From Bdellovibrio sp. (GTDB lineage: Bacteria; Bdellovibrionota; Bdellovibrionia; Bdellovibrionales; Bdellovibrionaceae): a DNA stretch of 64,000 nt. Below, in pieces: positions 19,310 through 28,907 of the stretch (the stretch's first letter is position 1; each line of letters begins with the position of its first letter). Both the position numbers and the translations under genes were made by a program. The stretch spans positions 64,001 to 128,000 of the forward strand of contig JAKFBS010000004.1 in the NCBI GenBank assembly GCA_036677065.1, written 5' to 3'. A model generated the notes under the pieces. It was not told the origin of the DNA, did not search any database, and was given only the letters and a program-made list of their open reading frames with translations.

Positions 19310-20607
19310 TTTTAGGTCTTGGATCTAATATTGAGCCGATTAAACATTTACGTTCAGCGCTGGCTGAAATTAAGCGTTTAGCCGGGGTCACTGTAGTCAA
19401 TGTTGCCAGTATTTATGAATCTGATGCACTATTGCCAGAAAATGCGCCGAAGACCTGGAATAAAAAATATTTAAATTCAGCCGTTGAATTAGAAGTCTCA
19501 AATTTTGAGCCGTTAAAATTATTAAAAGACATTAAAGCCATCGAACAAAAACTTGGTCGAGCGGGAACAGACCGCTGGGCTCCTCGTAATATCGATATTG
19601 ATATCTTATGGGTGCAAGATTTTACTTTTAACAATGAGGCTTTAAACATTCCACACGCCCAGATTTTGAATCGTCCGTTTGCTTTACTGCCGCTATTAGA
19701 ATTGCGCCCGGATTTTTCGTTTAATGAGCCAAGTTCGTCCGGAGGACAACAATACCCACAGTGGATGTGGCAAAATCCTAAACCTTTTCACACTGAAATT
19801 TCTAAAGATTATGTCTGGCCAAAGTTTGCTGGTATTCTAAATATCACCGATGATTCATTCTCGGGTGATGGCGTAATGACATCGGTCACACAGCGCCTAG
19901 GAAAGCTTCTTGATGCGGGAGCTGAGATTATTGATATCGGTGCAGAGTCGACACGGCCTGGGGCTTTAGTGATTGATCCTGACGTTGAAATCAGACGTTT
20001 GGTATTTACCTTAGATACGATTAATAAATATAAAACAGATTACAATCGCCAGTTTGAAATTTCAATTGATTCACGCAAGCCTGAAGTGATGCAGAAAATT
20101 GTGAATACCTATCACATTGATTACATCAATGATGTCGAAGGCTTTCGCCAACCACAGATGCGCGAAGTTTTAAAGTTAACTTCGGCAAAAGCAATTTGTA
20201 TGCATTCGTTTTCTGTGCCGCCGGTAAAAACTGAAACTATCCCTGAAACTGAAGATGTTTGGATTTACCTAACCAAGTGGTGGGCCGAGCAAAAAGAAAT
20301 ATTTTCGAGTGATAATATTTCTTTAGACCGTATGATTTTTGATCCGGGCATTGGTTTTGGCAAAACGCCCCAGCAGAGCGTAGATATACTAAATTACCTA
20401 GAAGGCTTTGGTAGCATTCATGAAGAAATTTATCTAGGCTATTCGCGTAAATCATTTTTAAGTCTAATGACCGATAAGCCAGCTGCTGAACGTGATCCAG
20501 AGACGGCTTTAGTGACTGAAGCCATTAATCAAGCCTATGCGCAGTATTTACGAGTGCACGATGTGGCACAGAATAAGCAAGCCCTTATAGCAAGGACGCT
20601 GTTATGA
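19291..20607 (+). CDS. folKP: Bifunctional HPPK-dihydropteroate synthase (FolK-FolP fusion)
   Basis: HPPK motifs LGLGSNI, YLNSAV, RWAPRNIDIDIL; DHPS motifs GILNITDDSFS, DIGAESTRPG, DPGIGFGK, SRK, RVHD. Confidence 0.92.
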   Translation: MSKYSVVLGLGSNIEPIKHLRSALAEIKRLAGVTVVNVASIYESDALLPENAPKTWNKKYLNSAVELEVSNFEPLKLLKDIKAIEQKLGRAGTDRWAPRNIDIDILWVQDFTFNNEALNIPHAQILNRPFALLPLLELRPDFSFNEPSSSGGQQYPQWMWQNPKPFHTEISKDYVWPKFAGILNITDDSFSGDGVMTSVTQRLGKLLDAGAEIIDIGAESTRPGALVIDPDVEIRRLVFTLDTINKYKTDYNRQFEISIDSRKPEVMQKIVNTYHIDYINDVEGFRQPQMREVLKLTSAKAICMHSFSVPPVKTETIPETEDVWIYLTKWWAEQKEIFSSDNISLDRMIFDPGIGFGKTPQQSVDILNYLEGFGSIHEEIYLGYSRKSFLSLMTDKPAAERDPETALVTEAINQAYAQYLRVHDVAQNKQALIARTLL

Positions 20608-21863
20608 AAGAATTGATATTTAATACTGTTGTCGCCGAGCTTGAAGCTTTAAGCATTATGCCAAAGACGATGCCTGGTTTGGATAAACTAAAACAAGCCT
20701 TGCAACATAAGACTTGGTTTCAAGATCTGCCTGCAGAAAAAATTATCACGGTAGCAGGAACGAATGGCAAGGGCACGACCTGTGCTGCTTTGCAGACGTT
20801 ATTGTTATCTGCAGGTAAAAAAACAGGGTTATACACTTCGCCGCATTTAATTTCGACAACCGAAAGAATTCGCATCAATGGTGAGCCAATTTCAGAAGCC
20901 CAATTTATTGGGTTATACCAAGAAAATAAACATTTAATCGCCCAGTACGAGCTGACACATTTTGAAAGTTTAACTTTGATGGCAGCAGATTGTTTTTTCT
21001 CTGAGAATAATTTGGATTACGTGATTTTTGAAGTTGGTCTTGGCGGAACCTATGATGCCACCAATGTTTTTCCGAATCGCTATTCGATAATTACCGCGCT
21101 GGCCATGGATCACCAGAATATTTTAGGTAATACGGTCTTAGACATTGCACAGAATAAGTTTGGTATTATTAAAACTAATTCAAAAGTTATTCATCATCCA
21201 TTGCCTCCAGAAGTGTTCGCCTTATTTTCTGAAGTCTTAAGTAAAACTAACTCGCAGGCCATTGCAGCAGTTCCTGGTACCGTGACTTGTGAAAAGTCTT
21301 TTGAGCCCTATTGGTTTCTGCAAACTCCGTGGGGTAAGACTATGATTAATCTTCCGGGCCAGCGGGCTTGCGATAATATCATGACCGCACTTACGGTATT
21401 TGAAGAATTAGGTTTTGAACCGCAAGATCATTTGCATAGTTTAGAAAACATCCCGTGGCAGGGGCGTATGCAAAAAATTAAGTGGCCGCATATTCCGGCT
21501 CCGGTTTATTTGTCGGGTGATCACAATATTCAAGGCGTGCAAAGCTTGGCGCATATCTTACACTATTTTGAATGGAATGAATTGCATTTGATTGTGGGCA
21601 TTGGCCAAGATAAAGCCGCTGAAGAAATGCTGCGTATTTTATTTGCGCTACCGCGTGTGAAGCTGCATTTGACGATGACGCCATTTAAAGGTCGCACAGT
21701 GATGGATTATCCGGAAGAACTTCGTACAAAAGCGGCTAGCGAAAATGACGATGTGGTCGAACTATTAAATTCATTAACGGTCGCTAAAAATGATTTAGTC
21801 GTGGTGACTGGCTCGCTTTACTTAGTTGGCCAAGTGTTAAGCGAGCTCTCAAGTCATTCTTAG
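20604..21863 (+). CDS. folC: Dihydrofolate/folylpolyglutamate synthase
   Basis: VAGTNGKGTT, YTSPHL...ERI, EVGLGGTYDATN, WQGRMQ, TGSLYLVG. Confidence 0.93.
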   Translation: MKELIFNTVVAELEALSIMPKTMPGLDKLKQALQHKTWFQDLPAEKIITVAGTNGKGTTCAALQTLLLSAGKKTGLYTSPHLISTTERIRINGEPISEAQFIGLYQENKHLIAQYELTHFESLTLMAADCFFSENNLDYVIFEVGLGGTYDATNVFPNRYSIITALAMDHQNILGNTVLDIAQNKFGIIKTNSKVIHHPLPPEVFALFSEVLSKTNSQAIAAVPGTVTCEKSFEPYWFLQTPWGKTMINLPGQRACDNIMTALTVFEELGFEPQDHLHSLENIPWQGRMQKIKWPHIPAPVYLSGDHNIQGVQSLAHILHYFEWNELHLIVGIGQDKAAEEMLRILFALPRVKLHLTMTPFKGRTVMDYPEELRTKAASENDDVVELLNSLTVAKNDLVVVTGSLYLVGQVLSELSSHS

Positions 21864-22582
21864 ATAAATCCGGAATTAGCAATAGCAATAAGGGAGCTGA
21901 TCGATGTTAAGTCGCGATCAGCGTAGCGGGTCTTTTCGCGTTGGGAGAGGCGAGCAAATTCGTTCACAAGTTCGTTTAGACGATCATAAAATGCAGTTTT
22001 TGATTTTTCACTTAAGCGTAAATATGACAGGCGGTGTAAATGATCAGCGCTGTTTTTATGGTTTAAAACTTTTTTTAAAGTGTTTTCAGACCATTCGTGA
22101 TTTAGCTTCTTAACCAAAGGTCCATCGCTGGCCCAGCGAAATAAACCTTTATGTACAGATACAATTCGTTGGTTTTTTCCGATCTTAATTAGGTCTAAAT
22201 TTTCTAATTTCATTAAATAGCGTTGTAGCTGATCGTTTGTTAACTTTTCAGATTTTTTAATCACGTCTAGAGTTTTTTCTTCGACGGCTAAAAACCAATA
22301 CACCCTAAAAAGCAGGTTGTTTTCAAACAACGCGTTTTCTTGTTTTGGGCTTAAGCGCACATTTTTCACTTCGGATTCATCCGCGATTTGAAACAAATCA
22401 GCCAGGGAGAGGCCGATTAATCTTGTGATTTGTTCCACGCGGGTTAGCGAAATATCTTTGCTTGTTAAAAGTTTTTTCACGCCGGATTCGCTCATGCCGA
22501 GTTCATCTGCTAGCGCTTTGTAGGTGATTTTTTTCACCTTTAAAACCTTCTTTAACGTTTCGACCACACTGTTCTTAGCCAT
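21860..22582 (-). CDS. XRE/Cro-type HTH transcriptional regulator
   Basis: LKKVLKVKKITYKALADELGMSESGVKKLL...ISLTRVEQI; second winged-helix-like region; SD-like AAGGTGA 6 nt upstream of ATG 22582. Confidence 0.8.
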   Translation of the reverse strand: MAKNSVVETLKKVLKVKKITYKALADELGMSESGVKKLLTSKDISLTRVEQITRLIGLSLADLFQIADESEVKNVRLSPKQENALFENNLLFRVYWFLAVEEKTLDVIKKSEKLTNDQLQRYLMKLENLDLIKIGKNQRIVSVHKGLFRWASDGPLVKKLNHEWSENTLKKVLNHKNSADHLHRLSYLRLSEKSKTAFYDRLNELVNEFARLSQREKTRYADRDLTSISSLIAIANSGFI

Positions 22583-22620
22583 TAACATTCACCTTAATTC
22601 TGGCCTTTTTCAGGCCTAAA

Positions 22621-22637
22621 GTACCTTAATAAGGTAC
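22621..22637. promoter_or_regulatory. Perfect palindrome, candidate operator
   Basis: GTACCTTA-A-TAAGGTAC between the divergent regulator and peptidase genes. Confidence 0.55.
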
Positions 22638-22703
22638 CTTTTAAACAAATATATAAGAAAAAGTTCAGTGTTGTTAAGATAAAAGTATAGGTTGGAGGTA
22701 AAA

Positions 22704-23483
22704 ATGAGTCGAAAGTCTAGTTTGATTAAAAATTCTGAAGATATAAAAGCCATGCGCAAAGCTTGTGGTATCTCAGCACAGTTGCACACGTTATCCATGA
22801 CAGGAGCGGTTTCGGGGTTGTCTGAAAAAAATCTCGCAGATAAACTTGTAAGATTTTATAACACCACTGAAGCTGCAAGTTGGGCGTACCCGATGTTGGT
22901 TGGGAGCGGAAAACGCACGACGATTATTCACGCAAAGCCCACGCAAAAGAAAATGCAATCGGGTGAATTAGTGTTAATTGATATGGGCGTAAAAACTGAT
23001 GGCTTTGCCTCAGACATCACGCGCACTTGGCCAGTTGATAAAAAATTTACGCGCGAGCAGAAAACAATTTATCAAATTGTGTTAAATGCGCAGCAGGCTG
23101 TAATCAAAGCGGCTAAGCCTGGACAAACGCTGACTGGCTTACATGAATTATCACGTCAATATCTGTTAGACGGATTATTACGTCATAAAATTATTGGCAA
23201 AGATGAATTGAGTGAGGTTTTTCCACATAAGACATCGCATTGGATTGGGCGCTTAGTTCATGATGCGTGTCCATACTTTAATGAAGACCAAACCGCGGTG
23301 AAGTTAGATGCAGGAATGGTTTTTACCGTAGAGCCAGGATTATATTTAAAAGATAGTTACGGAAAATACAGCAACATCGGAATTCGTATCGAAGATGTGG
23401 TGCTAGTCACTGAAGATGGTTGTGAAGTCATCTCCAGTGTAGCCAAAGAAATTGAAGAGATCGAAGCGCTTAGAGCTTACTAA
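22704..23483 (+). CDS. M24 (Xaa-Pro aminopeptidase-like) peptidase, catalytic domain only
   Basis: IIHA, IDMG, SDITRT, HKTSHWIG..VHD, TVEPGLY, GIRIEDVV; GGAGG SD before MSRKS. Confidence 0.85.
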   Translation: MSRKSSLIKNSEDIKAMRKACGISAQLHTLSMTGAVSGLSEKNLADKLVRFYNTTEAASWAYPMLVGSGKRTTIIHAKPTQKKMQSGELVLIDMGVKTDGFASDITRTWPVDKKFTREQKTIYQIVLNAQQAVIKAAKPGQTLTGLHELSRQYLLDGLLRHKIIGKDELSEVFPHKTSHWIGRLVHDACPYFNEDQTAVKLDAGMVFTVEPGLYLKDSYGKYSNIGIRIEDVVLVTEDGCEVISSVAKEIEEIEALRAY

Positions 23484-25287
23484 ACTCTTCAAGTTTAACA
23501 GCAACCGTGTCTAAGGCCTTCAGCCAAAACTTTTTATCAGTGATATCTTCACCTAAATGTTTTTGGACAAGGTCTTCGGCGGTCATCATTCCAGTGTCAC
23601 GTAAGATCGCAGTGTATTTGGCGCTGAAATCTTTGCCCCATTCGTCTTTGCGGGCGTACAGACTTAAGCTGAATAAATATCCGAACGTGTACGGGAAGTT
23701 GTAGAAGCTTAATCCAGCCATTGAAAAGTGAAGTTTAGTTGCCCAGAACATTGGATCTGGCTGTGATAATGAATCACCGTACCATTTTGTGTAGGCCTCT
23801 TCCATCAATGCAGTTAATTCATCCGGATTAACGTACCCAGCTTTACGTTTTTCATAGAAATTCTTTTCGTATTCAAAACGAGTCGGTATATTTAATAGTA
23901 ATGAAACCGCACCTTCAGCGATTGACCAGTAAACATCTAAAACTTCGTCTTTAGTTTTTGCTGAAGAGATTTGGTAATCGAATAAAGTTTGTTCAGCGAA
24001 AATACTTGCTGTTTCTGCCAACGACATTGTGTACATCGTGCTGATTTTGGTCATATCACGCATAACCCAGTTATGGTAAGCGTGACCTAATTCATGCGCT
24101 AGTGTTGAAGTGTTTTGTGAAGAGCCTGAGAAAGTCATAAATACGCGCGGGCTGCGGCTTTTAGAAAATCCACCGCAATAAGCGCCGTTACGTTTATTCG
24201 GACGAACACTCATGTCGATCCAGTTTTTATCTAACATCATTTGTGCAAATTCACCAAACGTTGGATCCATATGCGTAAAGGCATCTTTCACTTGTTTGAA
24301 TGATTCTTTAAAAGTTAACCCCGCTTCAGATTTAATTGGAGCCGGAGCTACTAAATCCCAAGGGTCTAATTGTTTTTTACCGTAGTACTTAGCCATCGTT
24401 TTTGCAGCGGCTTGGATTTTTGGACGGTAGTCGCTACATGCATCGATCATCGCTTGCAGAGTCTCAGCTTTGATACGATTACTGTGTAATGGTTCGTCTA
24501 AGAAATCTAACTTCTTTGTAGGTGTTGAACGTAAGTTATTTACGTCGTGTCTCCAACCGGCTAAAGCATTAACGATGGCTGCAGCTGTTTGTCGATGTTC
24601 TTTCCATGTATTTTGAATACCTTCCCAACTGGCTTTGCGCAGGGCTTCGTCGCTGCCTTGGGTGTTGCCGAAAGCGACGGCGATACTTGTTGGCTCGGGA
24701 TATGACGGGTGATCGATTTTCACTCGTGCGCTACTTGAAATAGAGCTGTAAAGGTTACCCCAAGAGGTATGGCCATCTTTTCTTAAAGTCGATATGATCT
24801 CTTCTTCTTTTTCAGAAAGAAGATGATCTTTTTTCATTCTAGAACGCGAATAGTAAAAGGCATAATCTTTAATTTTTTCGGCTTTAAAAAATTTAGCAAA
24901 GTTTTCGTCGCTGGTTTTCGATAAAAATAAATTTAACGGAGTCATGGCGATTTCAAACTGCGAAAACATATCTTTATATAAGTAAGAATACATTTTCTCG
25001 GCTTCAGCATTCTTTGAATCTAATGAGAATTCGAATGAAGCGTAAGAAGATAAGTTGTAAAGTAACAACATCGCTTCAGAAGAAATGAAAAGAGTTTCTT
25101 GCATGCCTTCTAAAGCTTGCGGTGGAAGCGGTTCTTGTGGATTCGTTAATTGCGGACCGAAGTTTTTCAAGTTGGCCGTAATCTTTGCGATCGCAGCTTT
25201 AACTCCTTCGATATCTGCAGTCCACTCTTTAGAAGTGAATGATGGATACTCAGTCGTATTATCCCATTGTGGTAAAATTTCTTTCAT
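23470..25287 (-). CDS. pepF: Oligoendopeptidase F (M3B)
   Basis: KRNGAYC, TLAHELGHAYH, LAETASIFAE, FYNFPYTFG. Confidence 0.9.
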   Translation of the reverse strand: MKEILPQWDNTTEYPSFTSKEWTADIEGVKAAIAKITANLKNFGPQLTNPQEPLPPQALEGMQETLFISSEAMLLLYNLSSYASFEFSLDSKNAEAEKMYSYLYKDMFSQFEIAMTPLNLFLSKTSDENFAKFFKAEKIKDYAFYYSRSRMKKDHLLSEKEEEIISTLRKDGHTSWGNLYSSISSSARVKIDHPSYPEPTSIAVAFGNTQGSDEALRKASWEGIQNTWKEHRQTAAAIVNALAGWRHDVNNLRSTPTKKLDFLDEPLHSNRIKAETLQAMIDACSDYRPKIQAAAKTMAKYYGKKQLDPWDLVAPAPIKSEAGLTFKESFKQVKDAFTHMDPTFGEFAQMMLDKNWIDMSVRPNKRNGAYCGGFSKSRSPRVFMTFSGSSQNTSTLAHELGHAYHNWVMRDMTKISTMYTMSLAETASIFAEQTLFDYQISSAKTKDEVLDVYWSIAEGAVSLLLNIPTRFEYEKNFYEKRKAGYVNPDELTALMEEAYTKWYGDSLSQPDPMFWATKLHFSMAGLSFYNFPYTFGYLFSLSLYARKDEWGKDFSAKYTAILRDTGMMTAEDLVQKHLGEDITDKKFWLKALDTVAVKLEEFSKL

Positions 25288-25336
25288 AAATAATCCTTTC
25301 GCTTAATGCGTTGCTCCCCAAAAAGTAACGGCCTAC

Positions 25337-25858
25337 CTATTTGGGAAAGTCTTTTCTTACAAATAAGCTTTTTACTTGGAGATCGATAGCTTTTAATTTT
25401 TCGATGGCGTCGTCGCCACCGCGGTTGATTACACATAACACTGTATTGATATTTGCTTTTACAGAGCGAAGATCTGCGGTGCTTAAAATAACTTGGCCAC
25501 CAGAAGTAATGACATCTTCGATAATGCACACACGTTTATTTTCGATCACGGCACCTTCAGCGAATAAACAGGTTCCGTAATCTTTGGCTGTTTTTCTGAC
25601 GAAGCACACTGGAATGCCTGTCTCGAGCGAAATTGCGGTCGCTACGGGAATGCCTCCCATTTCAAGGCCTGCTAAGACTTCTGTGTCTTTTGGAACGAGC
25701 TGTGCCATCTGGCGAGCGATTTCGCGCAATAATTCTGGCTGAGCTTCGAAACGGTATTTATCGAAGTACTCGTGAGAAATTTGGCCAGAGCGAAGTTTGA
25801 ATTCTCCGGTTAAGTGGGCGACATCGAAAAGTTTTTTAGCGAGTTCAGAGTGAGTCAT
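25337..25858 (-). CDS. pyrE: Orotate phosphoribosyltransferase
   Basis: GEFKLRSG..S.EYFDK, VRKTAKDYGT, IIEDVITSGG; likely start MTHSE. Confidence 0.93.
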   Translation of the reverse strand: MTHSELAKKLFDVAHLTGEFKLRSGQISHEYFDKYRFEAQPELLREIARQMAQLVPKDTEVLAGLEMGGIPVATAISLETGIPVCFVRKTAKDYGTCLFAEGAVIENKRVCIIEDVITSGGQVILSTADLRSVKANINTVLCVINRGGDDAIEKLKAIDLQVKSLFVRKDFPK

Positions 25859-25945
25859 GCAGTTTCCTTTAGACACTAAATTGTTCGAAAAAGTTTGGCT
25901 TAGATTATGCTTTCTATTCATAAGTTGGAAGTCATGGTGCTATGT

Positions 25946-26170
25946 ATGAAAAAGCAATTTAGCTTATGGATTGAACAGTTAGGGGAGCAGTTGATTAGTC
26001 GAGGTAAAGCCTCAGACTTTCAAACCCTACGTCTTTTCGCTATCTTAGCAGGCCTGACTTTGGTTTTTGTCGTCATGCTGACGGTCGTGCAGTTCTCTCC
26101 AACTGCCCCAAATCACAGCGAAATAAAGCCAATGCAAGACTTAAGTACTGAAGCCAAGCTGGCTCCATAA
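25946..26170 (+). CDS. Small single-TM hypothetical protein
   Basis: One hydrophobic segment (LFAILAGLTLVFVVMLTVV); fills the gap between pyrE and the CNNM gene; start uncertain. Confidence 0.5.
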   Translation: MKKQFSLWIEQLGEQLISRGKASDFQTLRLFAILAGLTLVFVVMLTVVQFSPTAPNHSEIKPMQDLSTEAKLAP

Positions 26171-26193
26171 TCTATCTTAGATAAAACAAACTA

Positions 26194-27231
26194 TTATTTT
26201 CGGTGCTGTTTTTTACGTTGATGCCATTGTTCCATGGCGTACTTACGCATGTCTTCGATGTTGTCGAATTCATCCATGATTTCAACGCCCAGTAGGGTTT
26301 CTACGGCGTCTTCAAGAGTCACTAAACCGGTGGTTACGCCGTATTCGTCGTTAACAATGGCTAAGTGGGATTTTTCTTTAATGAAAAAATCAAGCACATG
26401 GGAAACAGTCATACGCTCAGTCACATTTGAAATCGGCATAATTAATTCTGAGATTTTTTTGTGATGTTGATCTGCAGATAAGGCTTCTAAAATTTTATAA
26501 CGGTGAGTGATTCCGATAATGTGATCTAAAGAATCCTGATAAACCGGTATGCGTGAAAATCTAATCGGTTTAAATTTTTTCGAGACTTCGTGAACACTCA
26601 TTTCTCCGTCAAGCGCCATAAAAACTGATCGCGGCGTCATGATGTCAGAGACAAAAACATTATCTAACTTCATTAGATTTTTAATAATTGTAGATTCTTT
26701 AGCTTTTAAAGTGCCTTCTTCAACACCGATTTCGGCATTCTTAATCATTTCGTCACGGGTGATATCTGGCTCTTCAGTGTTTGATGCTAAAATGTGAGAA
26801 ATTAAATCTGACATTTTCACAAACGGATACACAGATATAGTCATGATCTGTACGCAGTAGGCACAGAAAAACGAAAATGATTTAGGATTATTTTTGCCGA
26901 TAGTTTTCGGAACGATTTCAGAAAAAACTAAAATCATGAAAGTTAAAAATACAGAAAATAAAGTGACATAGCTATCACCGAATTCATTGTGAACAGCGTA
27001 GGCGATCCACGCTGAACCTAAAGTGTTTGAAATTGTATTTAAAGTTAAGATCGCAGAAATCGAGCGATCCATGTGATCGACGACATGTTTTAAAACTTTT
27101 CCAGATTTTGGCCGTTGATCGACGGCGACTTCAACGAACGCCGGTGATAGTGAAAGTAAAACAGCTTCACAAAGCGAGCAGATAAAAGAAACCGAAAGAA
27201 TCAAAACAAAAGCGAGAAGAATTAAAGCCAT
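26194..27231 (-). CDS. CNNM/CBS-domain membrane protein (hemolysin/CorC-like)
   Basis: SFICSLCEAVLLS, AILTLNTI, FSEIVPKT, IMTPR, FSRIPVY, DEYG..GLVTLEDAVETLLG; likely start MALILL. Confidence 0.9.
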   Translation of the reverse strand: MALILLAFVLILSVSFICSLCEAVLLSLSPAFVEVAVDQRPKSGKVLKHVVDHMDRSISAILTLNTISNTLGSAWIAYAVHNEFGDSYVTLFSVFLTFMILVFSEIVPKTIGKNNPKSFSFFCAYCVQIMTISVYPFVKMSDLISHILASNTEEPDITRDEMIKNAEIGVEEGTLKAKESTIIKNLMKLDNVFVSDIMTPRSVFMALDGEMSVHEVSKKFKPIRFSRIPVYQDSLDHIIGITHRYKILEALSADQHHKKISELIMPISNVTERMTVSHVLDFFIKEKSHLAIVNDEYGVTTGLVTLEDAVETLLGVEIMDEFDNIEDMRKYAMEQWHQRKKQHRK

Positions 27232-27584
27232 AGAAGTCGATATCCTATCATTAATTTGGAAGCAAAAGCTAAGAGCAACTCGACTTTTGGTGCGGAATAA
27301 TTGGCTATTATGCTTAAAAACAATGCAGAAGTTGCTAATAGCAATCAGGTCATGTTTTTTGTTTGAATACTTCGGTGGCAAATGCAGGACATCGATTGTT
27401 TAAATAAAATTTATTGAGTTGATAAAAAAGTTCAGCAGAAGTTTCGAAACTCAAGCTGGGCGCGAGAAATTGCAATTTTACCAAGCAAAAACACACGTTA
27501 GCCTAGCTCAACTAAGTACTAGATTTTGAACGGGGTGATGATTTTTTAACAGTGTCGTAACGGTACTTTCTTAACAGGAATTTA

Positions 27585-27932
27585 ATGGCTGATATCATGA
27601 AATCGAATTTAGGACGACTCCTTTCTAAACCTTAGACCTTAGTAGAAAAATACTTCGCTGTTTACTGGGTATTCTCACTCTGAGTCTCGCGCAATACCTG
27701 GCTTTGGTCGATATAGGAAAGGCGGATGTATATATGTGGAACATGTTCAGCTTCGTATGCTGGTGGGCCGGCAGCCCAATTTGGCTCATTCAATGGTTTA
27801 ATAGGAGCTTCAACTCAAGGTGGTAGTGGAGTTAACCCTGCTAATGCAGCTGATGCTAATCGTGGTAGTGCGGGTCGCGGGGCTGATGGTACAGCGGGTG
27901 ATGACGGTATTATTTTCTGGATTTGGCCATAG
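27585..27932 (+). pseudogene. Remnant of a secreted glycine-rich protein
   Basis: A signal-peptide-like stretch (27644-27724) is joined out of frame to a C-terminal Gly-rich tail (GASTQGGSGVNPANAADANRGSAGRG...GDDGIIFWIWP). Confidence 0.45.
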
Positions 27933-27946
27933 GAGAGGAATAAGAA

Positions 27947-28447
27947 ATGAAGAATTTATTATTTATATTAATGTTAACTTTAGCCGTGGCCGCAAACGCC
28001 AAGGATTATAAAGTCTTTTTTAAAAGCGAAGCTACAGATAATAGAACAAACATCGTCGAACCGGATTTGTTATTTCTTAATATTGACGACAAAGTTATTT
28101 TTAGTTCTACAAATGTAAATCTAGATAAAATTGTGATTATGAAAATCGATCAGCAGGGAATAATGACTGAAGTTAACGTTAACACCTACCGTGAACTCGT
28201 CGATCATTCATATCTGCAAACTAAAGAGAGCTGCGTTTATTTGTATCATTCGGCACAATATTTGTCTTCAGGCGCATTTGGTTTGAGCGTGGTTGGTTCT
28301 TACTATCAAAAGCAGGAAGATACTTTGAAAACAGTGAATCACAACCAGAACTTCAAAGATCGCATGGATCATATCTTGAATAAGATAACTCCTGTTGATA
28401 AAGTATATCCACCTGAACCACCACCACCTCCTCCTGTGGAAGAATAG
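27947..28447 (+). CDS. Secreted cupredoxin/pseudoazurin-like protein lacking Cu ligands, poly-Pro tail
   Basis: Signal peptide; VEPDLLFLNIDDKVIF and VYLYHSAQYLSSGAFGLSVVG align by eye to pseudoazurin; GGAGAGG SD. Confidence 0.5.
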   Translation: MKNLLFILMLTLAVAANAKDYKVFFKSEATDNRTNIVEPDLLFLNIDDKVIFSSTNVNLDKIVIMKIDQQGIMTEVNVNTYRELVDHSYLQTKESCVYLYHSAQYLSSGAFGLSVVGSYYQKQEDTLKTVNHNQNFKDRMDHILNKITPVDKVYPPEPPPPPPVEE

Positions 28448-28451
28448 ACAA

Positions 28452-28900
28452 ATGATCGTACGGCATCTTGGATTTACACTTTTAGCGATTTTTTTGGTGA
28501 TCACATCACCTAAAGCCCGTGCGGCGACTTCAGATTACGCAAAGCTTGCGTACATTGATCAAACTTTATTAATCGGTTTAGGTTTAAGTTTTACTAAAAT
28601 GGAAACCTATATTATGAGGCAGGTATTGCCTTGAAGTGGTACGGACAAACAGTTTCAAAATTACCGATGAGTTTAGATTTAGATTTTTCTTATGTGAATC
28701 ACTTGGTGGTCGATTCGCCAATTGATTACGCTGCCGGGATTTCATATCGTATCGCTCTGGATTTTGACTTTGGCCGCCGCAGTTATTTTTCTAACTTTAA
28801 TATTCGTGCATTTTATGAGTATGAAAAAATTGAAAGTGAATTGTATCCGATAAACACTAAAGAGCTGGGCTTATCTTTAGCTCGCGCTTTTTCATTCTGA
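28452..28900 (+). pseudogene. Outer-membrane beta-barrel protein, frameshifted or internally deleted
   Basis: Signal peptide MIVRHLG...ARA in one frame; YYEAGIALKWYG...LSLARAFSF (terminal Phe) in another, with the switch near 28610. Confidence 0.6.
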
Positions 28901-28907
28901 TTATAAA

